This document shows positions 38,801-53,800 of a DNA stretch of 64,000 nucleotides, one piece after another; position 1 is the first letter of the stretch, and the number at the start of each line of letters is the position of its first letter. Position numbers and translations under genes: made by a program. Origin of the DNA: Eledone cirrhosa (lineage: Eukaryota). Below the pieces are notes generated by a model. It was given only the letters and a program-made list of their open reading frames with translations. It did not search any database and was not told where the DNA came from. Location: positions 276,458,001 to 276,522,000 of the forward strand of contig OZ024743.1 in assembly GCA_964016885.1 (NCBI GenBank). The letters run 5' to 3'.

Positions 38801-41800
38801 AAGAAGCAACACTAACACCACAAACAACACCACCAGCAGTTGCTAGAAGAAGCAACACTAACACCACAAAAAACACCACCAGCAGTTACTAGAAGAAGCA
38901 ACACTAACACCACAAACAACACCACCAGCAGTTGCTAGAAGAAGCAACACTAACACCACAAACAACACCACCAGCAGTTGCTAGAAGAAGCAACACTAAC
39001 ACCACAAACAACAGCACCAGCAGTTGCTAGAAGAAGCAACACTAACACCACAAACAACACCACCAGCAGTTGCTAGAAGAAGGAACACTAACACCACAAA
39101 CAACACCACCAGCAGTAGCTAAAAGAAGCAACACTAACACCACAAACAACATCACCAGCAGTTGCTAGAAGAAGCAACACTAACACCACAAACAACACCA
39201 CCAGCAGTTGCTAGAAGGAGCAACACTAACACCACAAACAACACCACCAGCAGTTGCTAGAAGAAGCAACACTAACACCACAAACAACACCACCAGCAGT
39301 TGCTAGAAGGAGCAACACTAACACCACAAACAACACCACCAGCAGTTGCTAGAAGAAGCAACACTAACACCACAAACAACACCACCAGCAGTTGCTAGAA
39401 GAAGGAACACTAACACCACAAACAACACCACCAGCAGTTGCTAGAAGGAGCAACACTAACGCCACAAACAACACCACCAGCAGTTGCAAGAAGCAACACT
39501 AACACCACAAACAACACCACCAGCAGTTGCTAGAAGAAGCAACACTAACACCACAAACAACACCACCAGCAGTTGCTAGAAGAAGCAACACTAACACCAC
39601 AAACAACACCACCAGCAGTAGCTAGAACCAACACTAACACCACAAACAACACCACCAGCAGTTGCTAGAAGAAGCAACACTAACACCACAAACAACACCA
39701 CCAGCAGTTGCTAGAAGAAGCAACACTAACACCACAAACAACACCACCAGCAGTAGCTAGAAGAAGCAACACTAACACCACAAACAACACCACCAGCAGT
39801 AAATAGAAGAAGCAACACTAACACCACAAACAACACCACCAGCAGTAGCTAGAAGAAGCAACACTAACACCACAAACAACACCATCAGCAGTTGCTAGAA
39901 GAAGCAACACTAACACCACAAACAACACCACTAGCAGTAGCTAGAAGAAGCAACACTAACACCACAAACAACACCACCAGCAGTTGTTAGAAGAAGCAAC
40001 ACTAACACCACGAACAACACCACCAGCAGTTGCTAGAAGCAACACTAACACCATAAACAACACCACCAGCAGTTGCTAGAAGAAACAACACTAACACCAC
40101 AAACAACATCACCAGCAGTTGCTAGATGAAGCAACACTAACACCACAAACAACACCACCAGCAGTTGCTAGAAGAAGCAACACTAACACCACAAACAACA
40201 CCACCAGCAGTATCTAGAAGAAGCAACACTAACACCACAAACAACACCACCAGCAGTAGCTAGAAGAAGCAACACTAACACCACAAACAACATCACCAGC
40301 AGTTGCTAAAAGAAGCAACACTAACACCACAAACAACACCACCAGCAGTTGCTAGAAGAAGCAACACTAACACCACAAAAAACACCACCAGCAGTTGCTA
40401 GAAGAAGCAACACTAACACCACAAACAACACCACCAGCAGTTGCTAGAAGAAGGAACACTAACACCACAAACAACACCACCAGCAGTTGCTAGAAGGAGC
40501 AACACTAACGCCACAAACAACACCACCAGCAGTTGCAAGAAGCAACACTAACACCACAAACAACACCACCAGCAGTTGCTAGAAGAAGCAACACTAACAC
40601 CACAAACAACACCACCAGCAGTTGCTAGAAGAAGCAACACTAACACCACAAACAACACCACCAGCAGTAAATAGAAGAAGCAACACTAACACCACAAACA
40701 ACACCACCAGCAGTAGCTAGAAGAAGCAACACTAACACCACAAACAACACCATCAGCAGTTGCTAGAAGAAGCAACACTAACACCACAAACAACACCACC
40801 AGCAGTTGCTAGAAGCAACACTATCACCACAAACAACACCACCAGCAGTAGCTAGAAGAAGCAACACTAACACCACAAACAACACCACCAGCAGTAGCTA
40901 GAAGAAGCAACACTAACACCACAAACAACATCACCAGCAGTTGCTAAAAGAAGCAACACTAACACCACAAAAAACACCACCAGCAGTTGCTAGAAGAAGC
41001 AGCACTAACACCACAAAAAACACCACCAGCAGTAGCTAGAAGAAGCAACACTAACACCACAAACAACATCACCAGCATTTGCTAGAAGAAGCAACACTAA
41101 CACCACAAACAACACCACCAGCAGTTGCTAGGAGAAGCCACACTAACACCACAAACAACAGCACCAGCAGTTGCTAGAAGAAGCAACACTAACACCACAA
41201 ACAACACCACCAGCAGTTGCTAGAAGAAGGAACACTAACACCACAAACAACACCACCAGCAGTAGCTAAAAGAAGCAACACTAACACCACAAACAACATC
41301 ACCAGCAGTTGCTAGAAGAAGCAACACTAACACCACAAACAACACCACCAGCAGTTGCTAGAAGGAGCAACACTAACACCACAAACAACACCACCAGCAG
41401 TTGCTAGAAGAAGCAACACTAACACCACAAACAACACCACCAGCAGTTGCTAGAAGTAGCAACACTAACACCACAAACAACACCACCAGCAGTTGCTAGA
41501 AGAAGCAACACTAACACCACAAACAACACCACCAGCAGTAGCTAGAAGAAGCAACACTAACACCACAAACAACACCACCAGCAGTAGATAGAAGAAGCAA
41601 CACTAACACCACAAACAACACCACCAGCAGTTGCTAGAAGCAACACTAACACCACAAACAACACCACCAGCAGTTGCTAGAAGAATCAACACTAACACCA
41701 CAAACAACACCACCAGCAGTTGCTAGAAGAAGCAACACTAACACCACAAACAACACCACCAGCAGTTGCTAGAAGAAGCAACACTAACACCACAAACAAC

Positions 41801-44800
41801 ACCACCAGCAGTTGCTAGAAGAAGCAACACTAACACCACAAACAACACCACCAGCAGTTGCTAGAAGAAGGAACACTAACACCACAAACAACACCACCAG
41901 CAGTAGCTAAAAGAAGCAACACTAACACCACAAACAACACCACCAGCAGTTGCTAGAAGGAGCAACACTAACACCACAAACAACACCACCAGCAGTTGCT
42001 AGAAGCAACACTAACACCACAAACAACACCACCAGCAGTTGATAGAAGAAACAACACTAACACCACAAACAACATCACCAGCAGTTGCTAGAAGAAGCAA
42101 CACTAACACCACAAACAACACCACCAGCAGTTGCTAGAAGAAGCAACACTAACACCACAAACAACACCACCAGCAGTAGCTAGAAGAAGCAACACTAACA
42201 CCACAAACAACACCACCAGCAGTAGCTAGAAGAAGCAACACTAACACCACAAACAACATCACCAGCAGTTGCTAAAAGAAGCAACACTAACACCACAAAC
42301 AACACCACCAGCAGTTGCTAGAAGAAGCAACACTAACACCACAAAAAACACCACCAGCAGTTGCTAGAAGAAGCAACACTAACACCACAAACAACACCAC
42401 CAGCAGTTGCTAGAAGAAGCAACACTAACACCACAAACAACACCACCAGCAGTCGCTAGAAGAAGCAACACTAACACCACAAACAACACCACCAGCAGTT
42501 GCTAGAAGAAGCAACACTAACACCACAAACAACAGCACCAGCAGTTGCTAGAAGAAGCAACACTAACACCACAAACAACACCACCAGGAGTTGCTAGAAG
42601 AAGGAACACTAACACCACAAACAACACCACCAGCAGTAGCTAAAAGAAGCAACACTAACACCACAAACAACATCACCAGCAGTTGCTAGAAGAAGCAAAA
42701 CTAACACCACAAACAACACCACCAGCAGTTGCTAGAAGGAGCAACACTAACACCACAAACAACACCACCAGCAGTTGCTAGAAGAAGCAACACTAACACC
42801 ACAAACAACACCACCAGCAGTTGCTAGAAGGAGCAACACTAACACCACAAACAACACCACCAGCAGTTGCTAGAAGAAGCAACACTAACACCACAAACAA
42901 CACCACCAGCAGTTGCTAGAAGAAGGAACACTAACACCACAAACAACACCACCAGCAGTTGCTAGAAGGAGCAACACTAACGCCACAAACAACACCACCA
43001 GCAGTTGCAAGAAGCAACACTAACACCACAAACAACACCACCAGCAGTTGCTAGAAGAAGCAACACTAACACCACAAACAACACCACCAACAGTTGCTAG
43101 AAGAAGCAACACTAGCACCACAAACAACACCACCAGCAGTAGCTAGAACCAACACTAACACCACAAACAACACCACCAGCAGTTGCAAGAAGAAGCAATA
43201 CTAACACCACAAACAACACCACCAGCAGTTGCTAGGAGAAGCAACACTAACACCACAAACAACACCAGCAGCAGTAGATAGAAGAAGCAACACTAACACC
43301 ACAAACAACACCACCAGCAGTAGCTAGAAGAAGCAACACTAACACCACAAACAACACCACCAGCAGTAGATAGAAGAAGCAACACTAACACCACAAACAA
43401 CACCACCAGCAGTAGCTAGAAGAAGCAACAATAACACCACAAACAACACCATCAGCAGTTGCTAGAAGAAGCAACACTAACACCACAAACAACACCACTA
43501 GCAGTAGCTAGAAGAAGCAACACTAACACCACAAACAACACCACCAGCAGTTGTTAGAAGAAGCAACACTAACACCACAAACAACACCACCAGCAGTTGC
43601 TAGAAGCAACACTAACACCACAAACAACACCACCAGCAGTTGCTAGAAGAAACAACACTAACACCACAAACAACATCACCAGCAGTTGCTAGATGAAGCA
43701 ACACTAACACCACAAACAACACCACCAGCAGTTGCTAGAAGAAGCAACACTAACACCACAAACAACACCACCAGCAGTAGCTAGAAGAAGCAACACTAAC
43801 ACCACAAACAACACCACCAGCAGTAGCTAGAAGAAGCAACACTAACACCACAAACAACATCACCAGCAGTTGCTAAAAGAAGCAACACTAACACCACAAA
43901 CAACACCACCAGCAGTTGCTAGAAGAAGCAACACTAACACCACAAAAAACACCACCAGCAGTTGCTAGAAGAAGCAACACTAACACCACAAACAACACCA
44001 CCAGCAGTTGCTAGAAGAAGGAACACTAACACCACAAACAACACCACCAGCAGTTGCTAGAAGGAGCAACACTAACGCCACAAACAACACCACCAGCAGT
44101 TGCAAGAAGCAACACTAACACCACAAACAACACCACCAGCAGTTGCTAGAAGAAGCAACACTAACACTACAAACAACACCACCAGCAGTTGCTAGAAGAA
44201 GCAACACTAACACCACAAACAACACCACCAGCAGTTGCTAGAAGAAGCAACACTAACACCACAAACAACACCACCAGCAGTTGCTAGAAGCAACACTATC
44301 ACCACAAACAACACCACCAGCAGTTGCTAGAAGAAGCAACACTAATACCACAAACAACACCACCAGCAGTTGCTAAAAAAGCAACACTAACACCACAAAC
44401 AACACCAGCAGCAGTAGATAGAAGAAGCAACACTAACACCACAAACAACACCACCAGCAGTAGCTAGAAGAAGCAACACTAACACCACAAACAACACCAC
44501 CAGCAGTAGATAGAAGAAGCAACACTAACACCACAAACAACACCACCAGCAGTTGCTAGAAGGAGCAACACTAACACCACAAACAACACCACCAGCAGTT
44601 GCTAGAAGCAACACTAACACCACAAACAACACCACCAGCAGTTGATAGAAGAAACAACACTAACACCACAAACAACATCACCAGCAGTTGCTAGAAGAAG
44701 CAACACTAACACCACAAACAACACCACCAGCAGTTGCTAGAAGAAGCAACACTAACACCACAAACAACACCACCAGCAGTAGCTAGAAGAAGCAACACTA

Positions 44801-47800
44801 ACACCACAAACAACACCACCAGCAGTAGCTAGAAGAAGCAACACTAACACCACAAACAACATCACCAGCAGTTGCTAAAAGAAGCAACACTAACACCACA
44901 AACAACACCACCAGCAGTTGCTAGAAGAAGCAACACTAACACCACAAAAAACACCACCAGCAGTTGCTAGAAGAAGCAACACTAACACCACAAACAACAC
45001 CACCAGCAGTTGCTAGAAGAAGCAACACTAACACCACAAACAACACCACCAGCAGTCGCTAGAAGAAGCAACACTAACACCACAAACAACACCACCAGCA
45101 GTTGCTAGAAGAAGCAACACTAACACCACAAACAACAGCACCAGCAGTTGCTAGAAGAAGCAACACTAACACCACAAACAACACCACCAGGAGTTGCTAG
45201 AAGAAGGAACACTAACACCACAAACAACACCACCAGCAGTAGCTAAAAGAAGCAACACTAACACCACAAACAACATCACCAGCAGTTGCTAGAAGAAGCA
45301 AAACTAACACCACAAACAACACCACCAGCAGTTGCTAGAAGGAGCAACACTAACACCACAAACAACACCACCAGCAGTTGCTAGAAGAAGCAACACTAAC
45401 ACCACAAACAACACCACCAGCAGTTGCTAGAAGGAGCAACACTAACACCACAAACAACACCACCAGCAGTTGCTAGAAGAAGCAACACTAACACCACAAA
45501 CAACACCACCAGCAGTTGCTAGAAGAAGGAACACTAACACCACAAACAACACCACCAGCAGTTGCTAGAAGGAGCAACACTAACGCCACAAACAACACCA
45601 CCAGCAGTTGCAAGAAGCAACACTAACACCACAAACAACACCACCAGCAGTTGCTAGAAGAAGCAACACTAACACCACAAACAACACCACCAACAGTTGC
45701 TAGAAGAAGCAACACTAGCACCACAAACAACACCACCAGCAGTAGCTAGAACCAACACTAACACCACAAACAACACCACCAGCAGTTGCAAGAAGAAGCA
45801 ATACTAACACCACAAACAACACCACCAGCAGTTGCTAGGAGAAGCAACACTAACACCACAAACAACACCAGCAGCAGTAGATAGAAGAAGCAACACTAAC
45901 ACCACAAACAACACCACCAGCAGTAGCTAGAAGAAGCAACACTAACACCACAAACAACACCACCAGCAGTAGATAGAAGAAGCAACACTAACACCACAAA
46001 CAACACCACCAGCAGTAGCTAGAAGAAGCAACAATAACACCACAAACAACACCATCAGCAGTTGCTAGAAGAAGCAACACTAACACCACAAACAACACCA
46101 CTAGCAGTAGCTAGAAGAAGCAACACTAACACCACAAACAACACCACCAGCAGTTGTTAGAAGAAGCAACACTAACACCACAAACAACACCACCAGCAGT
46201 TGCTAGAAGCAACACTAACACCACAAACAACACCACCAGCAGTTGCTAGAAGAAACAACACTAACACCACAAACAACATCACCAGCAGTTGCTAGATGAA
46301 GCAACACTAACACCACAAACAACACCACCAGCAGTTGCTAGAAGAAGCAACACTAACACCACAAACAACACCACCAGCAGTAGCTAGAAGAAGCAACACT
46401 AACACCACAAACAACACCACCAGCAGTAGCTAGAAGAAGCAACACTAACACCACAAACAACATCACCAGCAGTTGCTAAAAGAAGCAACACTAACACCAC
46501 AAACAACACCACCAGCAGTTGCTAGAAGAAGCAACACTAACACCACAAAAAACACCACCAGCAGTTGCTAGAAGAAGCAACACTAACACCACAAACAACA
46601 CCACCAGCAGTTGCTAGAAGAAGGAACACTAACACCACAAACAACACCACCAGCAGTTGCTAGAAGGAGCAACACTAACGCCACAAACAACACCACCAGC
46701 AGTTGCAAGAAGCAACACTAACACCACAAACAACACCACCAGCAGTTGCTAGAAGAAGCAACACTAACACTACAAACAACACCACCAGCAGTTGCTAGAA
46801 GAAGCAACACTAACACCACAAACAACACCACCAGCAGTTGCTAGAAGAAGCAACACTAACACCACAAACAACACCACCAGCAGTTGCTAGAAGCAACACT
46901 ATCACCACAAACAACACCACCAGCAGTTGCTAGAAGAAGCAACACTAATACCACAAACAACACCACCAGCAGTTGCTAAAAAAGCAACACTAACACCACA
47001 AACAACACCAGCAGCAGTAGATAGAAGAAGCAACACTAACACCACAAACAACACCACCAGCAGTAGCTAGAAGAAGCAACACTAACACCACAAACAACAC
47101 CACCAGCAGTAGATAGAAGAAGCAACACTAACACCACAAACAACACCACCAGCAGTAGCTAGAAGAAGCAACACTAACACCACAAACAACACCATCAGCA
47201 GTTGCTAGAAGAAGCAACACTAACACCACAAACAACACCACTAGCAGTAGCTAGAAGAAGCAACACTAACACCACAAACAACACCACCAGCAGTTGTTAG
47301 AAGAAGCAACACTAACACCACAAACAACACCACCAGCAGTTGCTAGAAGCAACACTAACACCACAAACAACACCACCAGCAGTTGCTAGAAGAAACAACA
47401 CTAACACCACAAACAACATCACCAGCAGTTGCTAGATGAAGCAACACTAACACCACAAACAACACCACCAGCAGTTGCTAGAAGAAGCAACACTAACACC
47501 ACAAACAACACCACCAGCAGTAGCTAGAAGAAGCAACACTAACACCACAAAAAACACCACCAGCAGTAGCTAGAAGAAGCAACACTAACACCACAAACAA
47601 CATCACCAGCAGTTGCTAAAAGAAGCAACACTAACACCACAAACAACACCACCAGCAGTTGCTAGAAGAAGCAACACTAACACCACAAAAAACACCACCA
47701 GCAGTTACTAGAAGAAGCAACACTAACACCACAAACAACACCACCAGCAGTTGCTAGAAGAAGCAACACTAACACCACAAACAACACCACCAGCAGTTGC

Positions 47801-50800
47801 TAGAAGAAGCAACACTAACACCACAAACAACAGCACCAGCAGTTGCTAGAAGAAGCAACACTAACACCACAAACAACACCACCAGCAGTTGCTAGAAGAA
47901 GGAACACTAACACCACAAACAACACCACCAGCAGTAGCTAAAAGAAGCAACACTAACACCACAAACAACATCACCAGCAGTTGCTAGAAGAAGCAACACA
48001 AACACCACAAACAACACCACCAGCAGTTGCTAGAAGGAGCAACACTAACACCACAAACAACACCACCAGCAGTTGCTAGAAGAAGCAACACTAACACCAC
48101 AAACAACACCACCAGCAGTTGCTAGAAGGAGCAACACTAACACCACAAACAACACCACCAGCAGTTGCTAGAAGAAGCAACACTAACACCACAAACAACA
48201 CCACCAGCAGTTGCTAGAAGAAGGAACACTAACACCACAAACAACACCACCAGCAGTTGCTAGAAGGAGCAACACTAACGCCACAAACAACACCACCAGC
48301 AGTTGCAAGAAGCAACACTAACACCACAAACAACACCACCAGCAGTTGCTAGAAGAAGCAACACTAACACCACAAACAACACCACCAGCAGTTGCTAGAA
48401 GAAGCAACACTAACACCACAAACAACACCACCAGCAGTAGCTAGAACCAACACTAACACCACAAACAACACCACCAGCAGTTGCTAGAAGAAGCAACACT
48501 AACACCACAAACAACACCACCAGCAGTTGCTAGAAGAAGCAACACTAACACCACAAACAACACCACCAGCAGTAGCTAGAAGAAGCAACACTAACACCAC
48601 AAACAACACCACCAGCAGTAAATAGAAGAAGCAACACTAACACCACAAACAACACCACCAGCAGTAGCTAGAAGAAGCAACACTAACACCACAAACAACA
48701 CCATCAGCAGTTGCTAGAAGAAGCAACACTAACACCACAAACAACACCACTAGCAGTAGCTAGAAGAAGCAACACTAACACCACAAACAACACCACCAGC
48801 AGTTGTTAGAAGAAGCAACACTAACACCACAAACAACACCACCAGCAGTTGCTAGAAGCAACACGAACACCATAAACAACACCACCAGCAGTTGCTAGAA
48901 GAAACAACACTAACACCACAAACAACATCACCAGCAGTTGCTAGATGAAGCAACACTAACACCACAAACAACACCACCAGCAGTTGCTAGAAGAAGCAAC
49001 ACTAACACCACAAACAACACCACCAGCAGTATCTAGAAGAAGCAACACTAACACCACAAACAACACCACCAGCAGTAGCTAGAAGAAGCAACACTAACAC
49101 CACAAACAACATCACCAGCAGTTGCTAAAAGAAGCAACACTAACACCACAAACAACACCACCAGCAGTTGCTAGAAGAAGCAACACTAACACCACAAAAA
49201 ACACCACCAGCAGTTGCTAGAAGAAGCAACACTAACACCACAAACAACACCACCAGCAGTTGCTAGAAGAAGGAACACTAACACCACAAACAACACCACC
49301 AGCAGTTGCTAGAAGGAGCAACACTAACGCCACAAACAACACCACCAGCAGTTGCAAGAAGCAACACTAACACCACAAACAACACCACCAGCAGTTGCTA
49401 GAAGAAGCAACACTAACACCACAAACAACACCACCAGCAGTTGCTAGAAGAAGCAACACTAACACCACAAACAACACCACCAGCAGTAGCTAGAAGAAGC
49501 AACACTAACACCACAAACAACACCACCAGCAGTAAATAGAAGAAGCAACACTAACACCACAAACAACACCACCAGCAGTAGCTAGAAGAAGCAACACTAA
49601 CACCACAAACAACACCATCAGCAGTTGCTAGAAGAAGCAACACTAACACCACAAACAACACCACCAGCAGTTGCTAGAAGCAACACTATCACCACAAACA
49701 ACACCACCAGCAGTAGCTAGAAGAAGCAACACTAACACCACAAACAACACCACCAGCAGTAGCTAGAAGAAGCAACACTAACACCACAAACAACATCACC
49801 AGCAGTTGCTAAAAGAAGCAACACTAACACCACAAAAAACACCACCAGCAGTTGCTAGAAGAAGCAGCACTAACACCACAAAAAACACCACCAGCAGTAG
49901 CTAGAAGAAGCAACACTAACACCACAAACAACATCACCAGCATTTGCTAGAAGAAGCAACACTAACACCACAAACAACACCACCAGCAGTTGCTAGGAGA
50001 AGCCACACTAACACCACAAACAACAGCACCAGCAGTTGCTAGAAGAAGCAACACTAACACCACAAACAACACCACCAGCAGTTGCTAGAAGAAGGAACAC
50101 TAACACCACAAACAACACCACCAGCAGTAGCTAAAAGAAGCAACACTAACACCACAAACAACATCACCAGCAGTTGCTAGAAGAAGCAACACTAACACCA
50201 CAAACAACACCACCAGCAGTTGCTAGAAGGAGCAACACTAACACCACAAACAACACCACCAGCAGTTGCTAGAAGAAGCAACACTAACACCACAAACAAC
50301 ACCACCAGCAGTTGCTAGAAGCAACACTAACACCACAAACAACACCACCTGCAGTTGCTAGAAGAATCAACACTAACACCACAAACAACACCACCAGCAG
50401 TTGCTAGAAGAAGCAACACTAACACCACAAACAACACCACCAGCAGTTGCTAGAAGAAGCAACACTAACACCACAAACAACACCACCAGCAGTTGCTAGA
50501 AGAAGCAACACTAACACCACAAACAACACCACCAGCAGTTGCTAGAAGAAGGAACACTAACACCACAAACAACACCACCAGCAGTAGCTAAAAGAAGCAA
50601 CACTAACACCACAAACAACACCACCAGCAGTTGCTAGAAGGAGCAACACTAACACCACAAACAACACCACCAGCAGTTGCTAGAAGCAACACTAACACCA
50701 CAAACAACACCACCAGCAGTTGATAGAAGAAACAACACTAACACCACAAACAACATCACCAGCAGTTGCTAGAAGAAGCAACACTAACACCACAAACAAC

Positions 50801-53800
50801 ACCACCAGCAGTTGCTAGAAGAAGCAACACTAACACCACAAACAACACCACCAGCAGTAGCTAGAAGAAGCAACACTAACACCACAAACAACACCACCAG
50901 CAGTAGCTAGAAGAAGCAACACTAACACCACAAACAACATCACCAGCAGTTGCTAAAAGAAGCAACACTAACACCACAAACAACACCACCAGCAGTTGCT
51001 AGAAGAAGCAACACTAACACCACAAAAAACACCACCAGCAGTTGCTAGAAGAAGCAACACTAACACCACAAACAACACCACCAGCAGTAGCTAGAAGAAG
51101 CAACACTAACACCACAAACAACATCACCAGCAGTTGCTAGAAGAAGCAACACTAACACCACAAACAACACCACCAGCAGTTGCTAGAAGAAGCAACACTA
51201 ACACCACAAACAACACCACCAGCAGTTGCTAGAAGAAGCAACACTAACACCACAAACAACACCACCAGCAGTTGCTAGAAGAAGCAACACTAACACCACA
51301 AACAACAGCACCAGCAGTTGCTAGAAGAAGCAACACTAACACCACAAACAACACCACCAGCAGTTGCTAGAAGAAGGAACACTAACACCACAAACAACAC
51401 CACCAGCAGTAGCTAAAAGAAGCAACACTAACACCACAAACAACATCACCAGCAGTTGCTAGAAGAAGCAAAACTAACACCACAAACAACACCACCAGCA
51501 GTTGCTAGAAGGAGCAACACTAACACCACAAACAACACCACCAGCAGTTGCTAGAAGAAGCAACACTAACACCACAAACAACACCACCAGCAGTTGCTAG
51601 AAGGAGCAACACTAACACCACAAACAACACCACCAGCAGTTGCTAGAAGAAGCAACACTAACACCACAAACAACACCACCAGCAGTTGCTAGAAGAAGGA
51701 ACACTAACACCACAAACAACACCACCAGCAGTTGCTAGAAGGAGCAACACTAACGCCACAAACAACACCACCAGCAGTTGCAAGAAGCAACACTAACACC
51801 ACAAACAACACCACCAGCAGTTGCTAGAAGAAGCAACACTAACACCACAAACAACACCACCAGCAGTTGCTAGAAGAAGCAACACTAGCACCACAAACAA
51901 CACCACCAGCAGTAGCTAGAACCAACACTAACACCACAAACAACACCACCAGCAGTTGCAAGAAGAAGCAATACTAACACCACAAACAACACCACCAGCA
52001 GTTGCTAGGAGAAGCAACACTAACACCACAAACAACACCAGCAGCAGTAGATAGAAGAAGCAACACTAACACCACAAACAACACCACCAGCAGTAGCTAG
52101 AAGAAGCAACACTAACACCACAAACAACACCACCAGCAGTAGATAGAAGAAGCAACACTAACACCACAAACAACACCACCAGCAGTAGCTAGAAGAAGCA
52201 ACAATAACACCACAAACAACACCATCAGCAGTTGCTAGAAGAAGCAACACTAACACCACAAACAACACCACTAGCAGTAGCTAGAAGAAGCAACACTAAC
52301 ACCACAAACAACACCACCAGCAGTTGTTAGAAGAAGCAACACTAACACCACAAACAACACCACCAGCAGTTGCTAGAAGAAACAACACTAACACCACAAA
52401 CAACATCACCAGCAGTTGCTAGATGAAGCAACACTAACACCACAAACAACACCACCAGCAGTTGCTAGAAGAAGCAACACTAACACCACAAACAACACCA
52501 CCAGCAGTAGCTAGAAGAAGCAACACTAACACCACAAACAACACCACCAGCAGTAGCTAGAAGAAGCAACACTAACACCACAAACAACATCACCAGCAGT
52601 TGCTAAAAGAAGCAACACTAACACCACAAACAACACCACCAGCAGTTGCTAGAAGAAGCAACACTAACACCACAAAAAACACCACCAGCAGTTGCTAGAA
52701 GAAGCAACACTAACACCACAAACAACACCACCAGCAGTAGCTAGAAGAAGGAACACTAACACCACAAACAACACCACCAGCAGTTGCTAGAAGGAGCAAC
52801 ACTAACGCCACAAACAACACCACCAGCAGTTGCAAGAAGCAACACTAACACCACAAACAACACCACCAGCAGTTGCTAGAAGAAGCAACACTAACACCAC
52901 AAACAACACCACCAGCAGTTGCTAGAAGAAGCAACACTAACACCACAAACAACACCACCAGCAGTTGCTAGAAGAAGCAACACTAACACCACAAACAACA
53001 CCACCAGCAGTTGCTAGAAGAAGCAACACTAAAACCACAAACAACACCACCAGCAGTTGCTAAAAAAGCAACACTAACACCACAAACAACACCACCAGCA
53101 GTAGCTAGAAGAAGCAACACTAACACCACAAACAACACCACCAGCAGTTGCTAGAAGAAGGAACACTAACACCACAAACAACACCACCAGCAGTAGCTAA
53201 AAGAAGCAACACTAACACCACAAACAACATCACCAGCAGTTGCTAGAAGAAGCAACACTAACACCACAAACAACACCACCAGCAGTAGCTAGAAGAAGCA
53301 ACACTAACACCACAAACAACACCACCAGCAGTTGCTAGAAGAAGCAACACTAACACCACAAACAACACCACCAGCAGTTGCTAGAAGGAGCAACACTAAC
53401 ACCACAAACAACACCACCAGCAGTTGCTAGAAGGAGCAACACTAACACCACAAACAACACCACCAGCAGTTGCTAGAAGAAGCAACACTAACACCACAAA
53501 CAACACCACCAGCAGTTGCTAGAAGAAGGAACACTAACACCACAAACAACACCACCAGCAGTTGTTAGAAGGAGCAACACTAACGCCACAAACAACACCA
53601 CCAGCAGTTGCAAGAAGCAACACTAACACCACAAACAACACCACCAGCAGTTGCTAGAAGAAGCAACACTAACACCACAAACAACACCACCAGCAGTTGC
53701 TAGAAGAAGCAACACTAACACCACAAACAACACCACCAGCAGTAGCTAGAACCAACACTAACACCACAAACAACACCACCAGCAGTTGCTAGAAGAAGCA